DNA from: Octopus sinensis
Taxonomy: Eukaryota
Direction of reading: 5' to 3'
Length of the DNA stretch: 64,000 nt
Assembly (NCBI RefSeq): GCF_006345805.1
Contig: NC_042999.1
Span: forward strand, 49,848,001-49,912,000
In this document: piece by piece, positions 1 to 11,363 of the stretch
Position numbering within the stretch: position 1 is the first letter of the stretch
How the letters are laid out: each line of letters begins with the position of its first letter
Program-made: the position numbers and the translations under genes
Notes under the pieces: generated by a model
Databases searched by the model: none
Seen by the model: only the letters and a program-made list of their open reading frames with translations
Told to the model about the DNA's origin: nothing

Positions 1-226
1 TTGCACATAACATGTATGTGCAGGTGTCAAAGAATGACAGACTACTCAAGTTTCACCAGTGGATGATCATGGCAGCTGTATTCAACCAAGGATAAAATCC
101 AAGTAAACTGTCATATTTTTTATAAACATATCTGTCCACTCTATCCACTGTAGTGAGCTCTATATCAGATAATGTTTGATCTATACATAATATATACATT
201 CTACAGACCTTACATTCTGATAAAAG

Positions 227-445
227 CAAAATCAAACACACATACACGAGGTGTGTGTGTTGTTAGTTCATGGGTCGACTGCACTTTAGGCATAACAGTA
301 TACTTTCTCAATGTACCTGCTTCCCTATAATTTACTTTCAGGTGTTTTTAACACCAGGCACATTGAGAAAGTATTCTCTTATGCCTAAAATGCACCTGAC
401 CCACAAACTAACAACACACACATCTTGTGTATGTGTTTGATTTTG
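227..445. repeat. Palindromic MITE-like element (~90-bp imperfect arms)
   Basis: CAAAATCAAACAC...TTTAGGCATAA...TACTTTCTCAATGTACCTG versus CAGGCACATTGAGAAAGTA...TTATGCCTAAA...GTGTTTGATTTTG. Confidence 0.7.
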
Positions 446-1019
446 TCTATATACCTCAGGCTGCTACTAATTCTGAGCTGAGATGCTGAGACCCCCTTCG
501 GTCATGACTTACCATGGGATTGCACCTAGAAAGTTACCCTCCCAGGCACAAGTCCAGGAAAGGTTGTTTATGGAAGACCAGCAATCTCCCATGCATACCA
601 GCCTCCCCTCTCCATGCCACCGATGTTATACATGAATACATATACATACATACATACACATACATATATATATACATGCATAAAAATATATATACATATA
701 TGCATACATACATAGAAACATACATACATACATACATATATACATACATATAAATACATACATACAAACATATATATACATATATGTATATGTACCACCC
801 ACACACCAGCACTGACCAATTCCCATCCCCACATTTTCACACCTACACGTACACACACGTACATGCCAAGATCACCAGCTCTCTTTCACACGCACATACA
901 TACTCTCTTACACACATGCGCACCTTTGTTTTAGGATCACTACAACGTTATCTCCCCTACTTCTTTGCTTTCCTGTGTGACCCTTCTGTCCGGCATTCAC
1001 CATGATAGATCAGTAGCCA

Positions 1020-1160
1020 GTACACACATTTTTTTTCTCTTTGTTTCTTTCTATGTTCCTTTCTGTGGATGAGCGTAGGCTTGAAACGTTAAAGATTTTT
1101 TCAATTCCCGAGCGTTATACTAATACATCTGTTTGTTTTCTACACCACCTGTCTTCGTCT
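1020..1160 (+). mobile_element. Penelope-like pLTR fragment with degenerate minimal hammerhead (family copy 1)
   Basis: ccttt-CTGTGGA-t-GAGC-gtag-GCTT-GAAACGTT-aaaga. The downstream ctaataca...cacctgt sequence is shared with 6940-7102 and 49660-49792, and the copy ends in a TA-rich tract. Confidence 0.55.
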
Positions 1161-1290
1161 TATGCATATATGTATATATATATGCATATATGTATATATA
1201 TGCATATATGTATGCATATATGTATATATATGCATATATGTATGCATATATGTATATATATATGCATATATATATGTATGCATGTATATA

Positions 1291-1675
1291 TCTCTCTTTA
1301 TATAAACGGCAGTTTGTCTGTGTGTGTTTCTGTGTGTCTGTTTGGTTGTACCCTCACTCTGACCACGGCTTTCAACCGATTCTGATGAAACTTGACACAC
1401 ACATAGCCCAATGTCATAATTCAAAACTAACGCAGCGAAAATTTTGAAAAGTTCCCCCAGTTCTGAAAAAGATCGATAAATTCGACATGGGGTCGACAAT
1501 CAGAAACACAAACCACAGATGGTCATGGGGACGCAACTCGACCTTTTTAACTATCAAAAAAAAATTACCATCATTTTTTTCCCCATTTTTTTGCTATTTT
1601 TTTGCTATAACTCTCTAAAAATGCTTTATAGTTATTTCCCTTACAAACCCGAGCAACGCCGGGCGATACTGCTAG
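1291..1675 (+). mobile_element. Non-autonomous Helitron-like element (family H1)
   Basis: 5' TC, 3' hairpin CCCGAGCAACGCCGGG followed by CTAG, inserted between A and T, no TSD. Confidence 0.75.
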
Positions 1676-1777
1676 TGTATATATAAAACTTACTTGGAAG
1701 AGGATGCGTGGCATTCAATCATATAATAATATCAATAACATATATATAATATATATGCATACGTATATGTACATACA

Positions 1778-1825
<48 letters not shown>

Positions 1826-2454
1826 TATGTGGGCACACATATCCTCTTCCAAGTAAGTTTTATCTCACGATCCTTTTACTCTTTCGTTTTTCTCTCTTTC
1901 TCTCTCTTATTCTTTTACCTCCTCTTCTCCCACTGTTCTACCCTACTACTCTGTCACTCTCTCTCCCTCACTCCTCCCCCTTTGCTCACGTGGCTTCCAC
2001 GTGACCATCGGCCATGTTTCTTTCTTTCTCTCCATTGTAGCTGGGACAAGAAAGACGTGTTCTTTTTCGTCTCCAGTCCTAGCTTGATTTATGCATTCAC
2101 CACCACAACATCGTTTGGGCTTAGCAGCCCTTTTCACTGTACCGTTTGTATTACCTATTGTGACCCTACACAAAATCCCAAATTTACTTTGCAGGTGCAA
2201 CTGTTTTATCGAAAGCGTATGTTGTTGTTAAATGCTCGAAATATGAGACTAGAGCAACAACCAACAACTGATGAAGTGTCATTCTTTATATTTGTTTTGT
2301 TTTCCATTTGTGTCTTTCATTGTTTGAAAGAATAGTTCGTGTTCCATGTACTCGTGCTTCGTACCTTTTTGCTGTACACTTTCATGACGTCCTGTGCACT
2401 CGTATGCATACATATATATATATATACGTTATTTATATTATATATATATGTGTA

Positions 2455-2499
<45 letters not shown>

Positions 2500-2592
2500 T
2501 TGTTATTTATATTATATATAAATCATATTATTATTATTATATATATTATTTATATTATTATATATATGCGTGTGTATATATATATGTGTGTG

Positions 2593-2627
<35 letters not shown>

Positions 2628-3686
2628 ATGAACTAGATAGACAGATGAGTGCAGTTTCTCGTTTGCTACTACAGTGACAGTTTGAATTTGAAACTTAAAC
2701 GAAGCCATTATTATGACAGGGTGGATGATTTCATAGATAGAAACATTTACATTTAATTGATTTCCAGGATATTTCTTAATTTCACTAATAAATCACCAGT
2801 CTGTTCAAAAGAATCTTGTCCTGACCTCTTTCACTTTTGTCCTCAGCATTAGACAGTCAAGTACCTAGCTTCTTTTTGATGCACGACATTAGTGTGTCTA
2901 TTTTTGAATGTTTCAATCTATTTGTAGACAGTCTGAAACAGTAAAATGCTATTTCTATAGTGTACTGAAAAACTTCACAGAATTTCATGCTCTGATCTAA
3001 CTTCAGCTTACACTGCTCTTCTTCAGAACAAAAGTAAAGTAAGAAAACGTGATGTAGAAATGTTTAATGTAATTACAATGACAACTTTATTGATATTTCA
3101 AGTTCAAGCCTGTAATGTAGGGTCTAGAAGAACATGTCTAGTGGTGTGTGCACAACTAATTTTCCAACCAGTAGGAAAAAAAAATTATAAGTTTATTGTG
3201 AATAATTAATGATTCAAGAGTGTGAGAATGTGTGTACACATATATATAATACATATGTATAGATATTAAAATAGTGAGTTTTACTTATATATTCATGTAA
3301 ACAAACATAAGCACAATGTATATACCACAAGGTAAATACACACATTTGTATATTCTTTATACATTCATAATATTCACATATACTTGCATGCACATATGAC
3401 ATGTACATACACATTCTTTATTAATATTTTATATATTTATGTGGAATTCTAAAATTTAACTCAATCACCAGTGGCAAAAATATAACACACGTGCGTCTTC
3501 CTCTACAATGATTGTTATGATGCTTAGTGAAAGACAGAGAGATTTCTACATTTATGAAAATATATTTTATTGTATTTTAGAGGTGGAACCCGTTGTATGT
3601 CATTCAACCTCAACACACAGTAGTGTGTGTGTATATATAATATTCAAAGGTGAATAGGCATTGAAAGCTAGCAAGCCAAGCTACTC

Positions 3687-3725
3687 CAGACTGATGAAGA
3701 GCAATGACTCTGAAACTAGTCTCTG
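3687..3725 (+). ncRNA. Minimal type I hammerhead ribozyme (Penelope-like element type)
   Basis: CAGA-CTGATGA-AGAG(caatga)CTCT-GAAAC-TA-GTC-TCTG: complete core, palindromic stem III (ACTAGT), GTC cleavage site at 3719-3721. Confidence 0.8.
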
Positions 3726-3901
3726 AATGCTGGCTTTGCTGAATGGAGGTGCTTATCTCCTTTGTTTGAAAACAGAAGGACGCAGTACACTTCTGTCACA
3801 TAGCCAACTGGAAACGGTGTTTACTGGGGCTAATTAGCAGTATCATTCTTCCCTTTCCTGGGACAGCCATATTAAGTTGATGACAAACCATATATATAAA
3901 T

Positions 3902-4149
3902 ACTCTTTTACTTGTTTCAGTCATTTGACTCTGGCCATGCTGGAGCACTGCCTTTAGTTGAGCAAATCGAACCCAGGACTTATTCTTTGTAAGCCTAGTA
4001 TTTATTCTAGTATGAACCGCTAAGTTATGGGGACGTAAACACACCAGCGTCGGTTGTCAAGCAATGTTGGGGGGACAAACACAGACTCACAAACATATAC
4101 ACACACACACATATATATATATACATATATATATACATACATATATATA

Positions 4150-4180
<31 letters not shown>

Positions 4181-4343
4181 CATATATACGATGGGCTTCT
4201 TTCAGTTTCCATCTACCAAATCCAGTCACATGGCTTTGGTCAACCCAAGGCTATAGTAGAAGATACTTTCCCAAAGTGCCACATAGTGTGATTCAACCCG
4301 GAACCATATGGTTGGTAAGCAAGCTACTTACCACACAGCCACT

Positions 4344-4346
<3 letters not shown>
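3902..4346 (-). mobile_element. Family A tRNA-derived SINE (dominant family; internal (TA)n/(TG)n tract, AAAGAGT tail)
   Basis: Head AGGAGTGGCTGTGTGGTAAG (A box)...GGTT(C/G)A(G/A)TC (B box), CORE-like (C/T)TTGGG(C/A)AAGT, tail CCAGCATGGCC..AGTCAAATGACTGAAACAAGTAAAAGAGTA. About 30 full or partial copies in the window. Confidence 0.85.
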
Positions 4347-4383
<37 letters not shown>

Positions 4384-4965
4384 GAGAAAGAGAGAGAGAC
4401 TGAGGTCCAAAATCAAAATAGCTATTTTCTGAATTATATATTGAATTTCATGCAATAAAATAGAATTTTTTAATGAGTTGGAAATAAATTATTTTGCATA
4501 TTTAATAATTATTTAAAGATATTTAATGATAATTTTATATTGGAAGTTTAAATCTGGATAGATACTGATACCATTTAATTAAAATTTAATCATGTATCCC
4601 AGGATTAAAGAGCTAATACTTATATGTATTTAAATGAAATATATAAAGAGTATAAGTAAAAAGTATAAAGAGTACAGCACTCCAGTTTAATATGAACCCA
4701 TTCTCCTGCTTCACATGACTTAGTCAGAGGTAGAAAGGCATTGTTCAGAACCATTTATGAGGTCTCTGAGAAAGTGGTAATGAAAGAAGGGAGTCCTCCA
4801 CAAGCCATACCAAGGCATGAATATTTGCAGCTCATGCCACAGCTATTCAAACAGTCCCACTAACTTGTCCTTCTGGTTCCTCTCACACATATTGTAGGTC
4901 ATGCACTAGCTACTATGCAAAGCCCTTTCTTCCTAGAATGTGGGCCTTCTGGAATTCTCTCTATT

Positions 4966-5194
4966 TTACTCTTTTACTTGTTTCAGTCATTTGACTGAGG
5001 CCATGCTGGAGCACCGCCTTTAGTCGAGCATATCAACCCCCAGGACTTATTCTTTGTAAGCCTAACACTTATTCTATCAGTCTCTTTTGCTGAACTGCTA
5101 AGTTACGGGGACGTAAACACACCAACATCGGTTGTCAATCAATGTTGGGGGACAAACACAGACACACAAACATACACACACACACACATATATA

Positions 5195-5235
<41 letters not shown>

Positions 5236-5413
5236 TTATACATATATACGACGGACTTCTTTCAGTTTCTGTCTACCAAATCCAGCCACAAGTCTTTAGT
5301 CGGCCCGAGGCTTTAGTAGAAGACACTTGCACAAGGTGTCATGCAGTGGGACTGAACCCGAAACCATGTGGTTTGTAAGCAAGCTACTTACCACACAGCC
5401 ACTCCTACACCTA
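4966..5413 (-). mobile_element. Family A SINE
   Basis: Full-length copy with the same head, tail and internal microsatellite. Confidence 0.85.
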
Positions 5414-5650
5414 TAAAGTGTTTTTTCAACAACTGTTTATTTGCATTAATCTGAATGCAATGTTAACAGTATCAGTCTCACTAGTTTATAGGAGTTGTGC
5501 AGGTCACATGCACAGTTTCTTCCTTGAGACAAAATTAATGAAAGAATCAAAAATAGTTTTTTTTAGTGTACACACACAGACACACACATGTGCTCACACA
5601 CACGTATGTGTGTGTTTGCATTTCCTTGTCTTAACATCATGATAATTGTA

Positions 5651-6216
5651 TGGGGTCGTCTGGAAAGTTCGTGCCAATTTATAGTAGTTTACCTTTCGAC
5701 TTATTTTAGAACATGGTTGAGTCCATAAAATAGGATTTGACTACACCTCCATTTAGAGCACAGTTTAAGCTATCTTTTCATGGAGGAAGGTTTATGTTCC
5801 TATAACCTGTGTTAATTCTGTAACCCTTTAAAATGTAAGATAAGAAAGTTCATTTTCGGCTCTTGATGCTTTGGGAACCAGACAAAAATTGCTGCAGCTT
5901 GGCTGGGATGTGTTACCCCACCCTCCATATTCACCAGATATTGCTCCTTCGGATTTCCACTTATTCAGGTCTCTGCAGAATAGTCTTAATGGTAAAAATT
6001 TCAATTCCTTGGATGACATAAAAAGATACCTTGATGAATTTTTTGCCATGAAACCACCTCAATTCTGGGAAGAGGGTATTTTCAAGTTAAAGGAAAGATG
6101 GAGACGCATTGTGCAACAAAATGGTTCATATTTGGTTGATTAAAAATGTAATGGCAAGTATTTATTGACCTTTTTCTTTCCTTTAAAAATTGGCACGGAC
6201 TTTCTGGACAACCCAA
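5651..6216 (+). mobile_element. Internally deleted mariner (DD34D) transposon
   Basis: TIRs TGGGGTCGTCTGGAAAGTTCGTGCCAATTT / AAATTGGCACGGACTTTCTGGACAACCCAA, with TA on the left. ORF 5871-6143 encodes the transposase C-terminus (WDVLPHPPYSPDIAPSDFHLF...NGSY). An N-terminal remnant M*DKKVHFR at about 5833 is fused directly to it. Confidence 0.92.
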
Positions 6217-6656
6217 TGAGTGCCACCATCATATCAGCAGCTTTATTCATTTCCAGTATTTTGAAAATACATGGCTGGCCATGGGAAAGTATTAACTTGA
6301 TTGGATGGAAGCAGGTGAGGGTTGATGACAGGAAGAGGACCCAGCCATAGAAAATCTGCTCCAACAAACTCCATCCTACCTATGTAAGCATGGCAAAGTG
6401 AATGCTAAAATGAGTATGAGGATGAACGTTGTCCTTCTGGACTACTCACCCCACCTACTTGCACCTTTTTTTGCAGACATCAACTTACAGGTGTTCAAAC
6501 CTAACACAAATCATAATCACACAAGTTTTGTAGGGGCTACCAAGAGAGCACAAGCAAAATCTCTATCTCCTGATGAAGTTACATCCTTAAGTCATACGCA
6601 CACACACATTAGCATAGACACAATACAATATAAATTTTAAATGGTTATCTACTTAC

Positions 6657-6761
6657 TTGTGGCATTTCTCCTTTTATACAGACTGTAACCCATTGGATGT
6701 TGTCCCCATCCCGACTTGTCCTCAGCTCTTCAATCTGTTCAAATTCAGCAATCAGTTGCAA
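6657..6761 (-). CDS. FRMPD4: FRMPD4-like exon (105 nt, phase 0-0): LQLIAEFEQIEELRTSRDGDNIQWVTVCIKGEMPQ
   Basis: Acceptor tttctacttcag|TTG and donor CAA|gtaagt. Positionally equivalent to FRMPD4 VALLADFSHVNRIE...VRVELHV. In frame with the previous exon. Confidence 0.8.
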
Positions 6762-6939
6762 CTGAAGTAGAAAGATAAACTTATATGAGTATGTGCATGC
6801 ACATGTGTGTGTGTGTGTGTACATACATACATACATTCATATATATATATATAAATTTGAACTCTATATTATATGCTCACGTGGTTACCCCAGTTTGATC
6901 CTGACTGAACTTCCTACACTTTGGACAAGTTTTTTTTAA

Positions 6940-7102
6940 TTCTGTCTCTGTTTATTTTTTATTTTCTCTTATTTCTTTCTGTTGAAGAGCATAAGCTCAA
7001 AACGTGAAAGACTTCTTCATTTTTCCCAAGTGTCAAACTAATACATTTGCTTGTTGTTCATACACCTGTTTTCATCTTTTGCTTTTCTATAAATTTCAAC
7101 TG
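6940..7102 (+). mobile_element. Penelope-like pLTR fragment with degenerate minimal hammerhead (family copy 2)
   Basis: tcttt-CTGTTGA-a-GAGC-ataa-GCTC-AAAACGTG-aaaga; ends in (TA)n. Confidence 0.55.
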
Positions 7103-7137
<35 letters not shown>

Positions 7138-7571
7138 ATACACTTAGTGGTTGAGACTCATGCGGATCTCTCTTTAGCGTAAGAGCATCCACATAGTGGA
7201 TTCTCTCTCATATTTGTATATTAATAATATTTACTGAATCTCAGTCTTTTATGCACTAGACCACTGGTGTTAAATTGATGTTATTAAATTAATATCAATT
7301 TTTTCACCCTCATTTTGATTTTAATTATATATATATAGGCTAATACCTAGCATGAGAATGTTTAACATGACATAGGTAGATAAGTATTCTTTATTTGTGG
7401 AGAAACCAGACTGACATTGGTTTCATGTTCAGAAAGATATCTCTCAAAAATTATTGAAGTTGCCACATAGGGCGTTGGTATTCATCTCCTTATATACACA
7501 CACACACACATATATATATATGCACACACACATATATATATATATGCACACACACAAGCACAACAGGTTGC

Positions 7572-7617
<46 letters not shown>

Positions 7618-8525
7618 ATATGCACGCTCACACTAGCCAGTGAGGAGACAAAATCATGTCTGATGATGACATCCTGGGTGAACTCTGTATTTTTAAACAC
7701 ACAATTCTTATTGAAAAGTTTTCAAGTTTTCTCTGACTTATAATTTCACAACTAGTATCATTTTATGTTTTTATATACATTATAAAGGCATTATCATTTT
7801 AATCCAATACTGTTTCATGTGCTATATATATATATATCATGTTTAAAAGAAAGGTTGGTAGTCACGGCTGAAATAACTTTGATCATAGGTAATGTCAATC
7901 AAAATTGACTTAAGAGCTACACAACAATAATAGCAACAATAACACTGCAAAACTGAATTAGTAGTGACTTTCTTTTATTCTTTGTCAATGTCCATGATAA
8001 TTATAGAGATGTGAACATTTCTACATAGAACACAGAATAAAAGATTATTATGAAAAATAAAAACAATAGGTATTAAAGTTAAAACATAAAAAATCAAACA
8101 AAATCTGATTTGAAAAACAATCAATAGTGTTTCTTTACTTTTTTTCTCACAAATATTCTGTTAGCAATACATAAAAACATCTACATGTTTCATTCCTAAT
8201 TAAAGTACATATTCAAATAAGTTAACAACTTTCATGACAAAGTTTCATTTTATTATTTTTTTTATTGTTCTGTTATTCTTTTAAATCTATTCTTTGAAGC
8301 TAAAATTATACTTGAAAAGAGAAGAAAATCATTATTTCCTCACTTCCTCAATTTTTTTTTCTATTGGATTTTGGTCAATTATCTGAATTATCTAAATTTC
8401 CTTCAGCTTCAACTAACATAATGCCAAAAGATTTTAAAATGTTAAATATCAGTAAAAGGAGGAGAAAAAAATCTCAATTTTTGCAAGGAATGCTTATTGA
8501 GTTGGACAATATGTTTTTATTCTAA

Positions 8526-8735
8526 GGTGGCGAGCTCGCAGAAACATTAGCATGCTGGGCGAAATGCTTAGCGTTATTTCGTCTTTACATTCTGAGTTCA
8601 AATTCTGCCAAGATCAGATTTGGCTTTCATCCTTTCGGGGACGATAAATTAAGTACCAGTTGGGTACTGGGGTTGATCTAATTGACTGCCCCCTCCCCCA
8701 AAATTTTGGGCCTTGTGTCTAGAGTAGAAAAGAAT
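8526..8735 (+). mobile_element. Family D SINE (Nin-domain-like)
   Basis: GGTGGCGAGCTCGCAGAA head, GAGTTCAAATTC B box, CTTTCATCCTTTCGGGG.CGATAAATTAAGTACCAG central block. Confidence 0.7.
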
Positions 8736-8838
8736 ATATTTTTATTCTGAGATATAAGAGTGTGAATGAATACACAACTATATTCATATGCTTATTTTAT
8801 ACACACACACACAGGTATATATATATATATTTCTTCTA

Positions 8839-8873
<35 letters not shown>

Positions 8874-9342
8874 ATCAAACATACATACACACACATTATA
8901 TATATATATATAATATATATAGAGAGAGAGAGAGAGAGAAGGGGGATTATAGATACAGTTCATGTACTACCAAAGTATGTGTTGTGTATTATTGCAAAGT
9001 AGTGTTTACAAAGCAAGCTATATATGCATATCATGTGCATATACAAAGATGTATTTGCAATAGTTCATAAATAGTATACATAAATACAAGTTTGCACACA
9101 TACACACATGTCAATTATGGAATATTCGTGTTTACTAGCCCTATAAATATATATTTTATGTTTAGTAGAACAGGAGAAATTAAACTCAATACATGAGTAT
9201 ATATATATATATACATTTTTTATTTTTAATCAGAAGATAATTTTAAAAATGACTCAACAGACGAGGGTTCCCTTTATGACACATGGTTGTTCCATAAAAC
9301 TAAAGTATTTAGTGTCTAAATTTGATGGTGAATTTGTCAGTA

Positions 9343-9414
9343 GGCAGTTTAGCTTAACAGTAAAGCACTCAACTGGAGTCTTTGAGGGATATAGGTTCGA
9401 GTCCCATGGCTGGT
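9343..9414 (+). pseudogene. tRNA-like pseudogene inside a TA-flanked insert
   Basis: D-stem GCTT/AAGC, anticodon stem CTCAA/TTGAG (9-nt loop), T-loop GGTTCGAGTCCC; imperfect acceptor stem. Confidence 0.55.
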
Positions 9415-9523
9415 TGTTGACAAATTTTTCCACCTTGTAAGGGTAATTCACCCAGTACTTCTGCAGTTCTAATGGCAACACTGCATTCGAGAGAATATCA
9501 CCTTATTTGTATCATATATATTT

Positions 9524-9900
9524 TCTTTTATTTGTTTCAGTCATCTGACTGTGGCCATGCTGGAGCACCGCCTTTAGTCGAGCACATCGATCCCAGGACT
9601 TATTCTTTGTAAGCCTGGTACTTATTCTATCGGTCTCTTTTTGCCAAATCACTAAGTTATGGGGAAGTAAACATACCAGCATCGGTTGTCAAGCAATGTT
9701 GGTGGGGGACAAGCACAGACACACAAACACACACATACATACATATATATATACGATGGGCTTCTTTCAGTTTCCATCTACCAAATCCATTCACAAGGCT
9801 TTGGTCAGACTGAGGTTATAAGGTGCCATGTGGTGGGACTGAACCCAGAACCATGTGGTTGGTAAGCAAGCTACTTACCACACAGCCACTCCTGTGCCTA
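9524..9900 (-). mobile_element. Family A SINE
   Basis: Near full-length copy. Confidence 0.85.
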
Positions 9901-10339
9901 TATATAAATAAATTCTTTATTCTTTACTAGTTTGCCATTAGACTGTGGCCACACTGAGGAACCACCATAAAGAGTTATACTAAAATCAATCCCAATATAT
10001 TTTTCAAGCCTAATACTAACTCTGTTATGTTTTGACAAACTTCTAGGTTACAAGGACATAACCAAATCAACACCAGTTCTCAAGCAGTAGTGGTGGAGAA
10101 ACACACACACACACACAAACATCTATAATCATTGGTCTTTTTGCTTCTTTTTTTGCATCTGCCAAATCCACTCACTAAGGCTTTGGTTGGCCAGAAGCTA
10201 TTGCAGAAGACACACCTTCCCAAGATACCTTGTACTTTGACTGAACCTGGAATCATGTGGTTGGGAGGTAAGCTTCTTAACAAACAGTCATACTTCTGCC
10301 TATTCACAGCCATGCCTGCACAATATATATATATGAATC

Positions 10340-10601
10340 AATGAAATACCAACTAAGTCTCATTTTCATTGTTTTATTATTTGCAATTTTTACAATTTTA
10401 CGATAATGAAATGAACTAGTACTTTCATGTGTTATGCAATCATCAGGTTTATGTAGTGATAACTGAGCTGTCAATCATGGAACACGACTTTCACTACATA
10501 AACCTGACGATTGCAAAATGCATGAAAGTACTAGTTTGTTTCAATATTGTAAAAATTGAATATAATAAAATATGAAAATCAGACTTAGCTGGAATTTCAT
10601 T
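10340..10601. repeat. Palindromic MITE-like element (~115-bp imperfect arms, ~31-bp spacer)
   Basis: ACTAGTACTTTCATG...ATCATCAGGTTTATGTAGTGA pairs with TCACTACATAAACCTGACGAT...CATGAAAGTACTAGT, and the flanks pair as well. Confidence 0.75.
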
Positions 10602-10679
10602 AATATATTCTCCTGTACACAATCATGCAAACTAGGATGGACACACACACACACCTGTACTCAGTAATTCAGTATGGAA

Positions 10680-10960
10680 AATAACTATCTGGTTAGCCGA
10701 TCACCATATCAAAATGCTTTCTTGGCCAGGTAACTCACCTGACCTGAACATCTTGGAGAATCCAAGTATAGTTAAAACGAAGGCCAATATACATCCCAGC
10801 AATCAGGCTAAGCTGAAGGCTGCAGCCAAGATTGCTGGGGGGGGGGGGGGCTGCAACACACATGAGCTGAACCACAGGTTGAGTTCCTCAATACCACAAT
10901 ATTTTAAGTAAATCACTAAACTCATAGGATCTCCAACCAAGAACTAAGTGACACTTTTTC
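10680..10960 (+). mobile_element. Tc1-like transposase C-terminal remnant
   Basis: ORF 10714-10911 contains WPGNSPDLNILEN (Tc1 WP.NSPDLNPIEN motif). Confidence 0.65.
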
Positions 10961-10984
10961 TCCACCTTTGAATTTCTGCCTACT

Positions 10985-11363
10985 GAGTCAAGTACATCAA
11001 CATCAAAATCAATATCAAATGGAAATTGTAGTTGTGATACCTGTGCCGGTGGCATTAAAAAGCACCATCCGAACATGGCCAATGCCAGCGCCGCCTTGAC
11101 TGGCTTCTGTGCCAGTGGCACGTAAAAAGCACCAACCAACCATGGCCACTGCCAGCCTCCCCCTGGCACCTGTGCCGGTGGCACGTAAAAAGCACCCACT
11201 ACACTCACAGAGTGATTGGCATTAGGAAGGGCATCCAGATGTAGAAACACTGCCAGATCAGAGTGGAGCCTGGTGCAGCCTCCTGGCTTCCCAAACCCCG
11301 GTCAAACAGTCAAGCCCATACTAGCACGGAAAACGGACGTTAAATGACGATGATGATGATGAT
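10985..11363 (+). mobile_element. Family B SINE-like repeat with tandem GTGGCACGTAAAAAGCACC units and (GAT)n tail
   Basis: Three internal units, AGGAAGGGCATCCAG block, ACGTTAAATGACGATGATGAT tail. Other copies at 14450-14748, 27858-28085, 33835-34290, 40148-40541, 43953-44090 (+) and 46880-47300, 30633-30825 (-). Confidence 0.75.

Noticed and set aside
2215-2345. CTGATGA at 2268 with nearby GAAA motifs
   Set aside because: Could not build consistent stems I-III; at most a heavily decayed PLE-type end.
2815-2860. Minus-strand CTGAGGA-CAAAAGT-GAAA-GAGGTC hammerhead-like string
   Set aside because: Stems I and III do not pair in register.
3796-4458. Recurrent ORFs such as YDGLLSVSIYQIHSQGFG...VEDTCPRC and FLQLDALPNANHS
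   Set aside because: Chance reading frames of SINE families A and B, repeated across the window.
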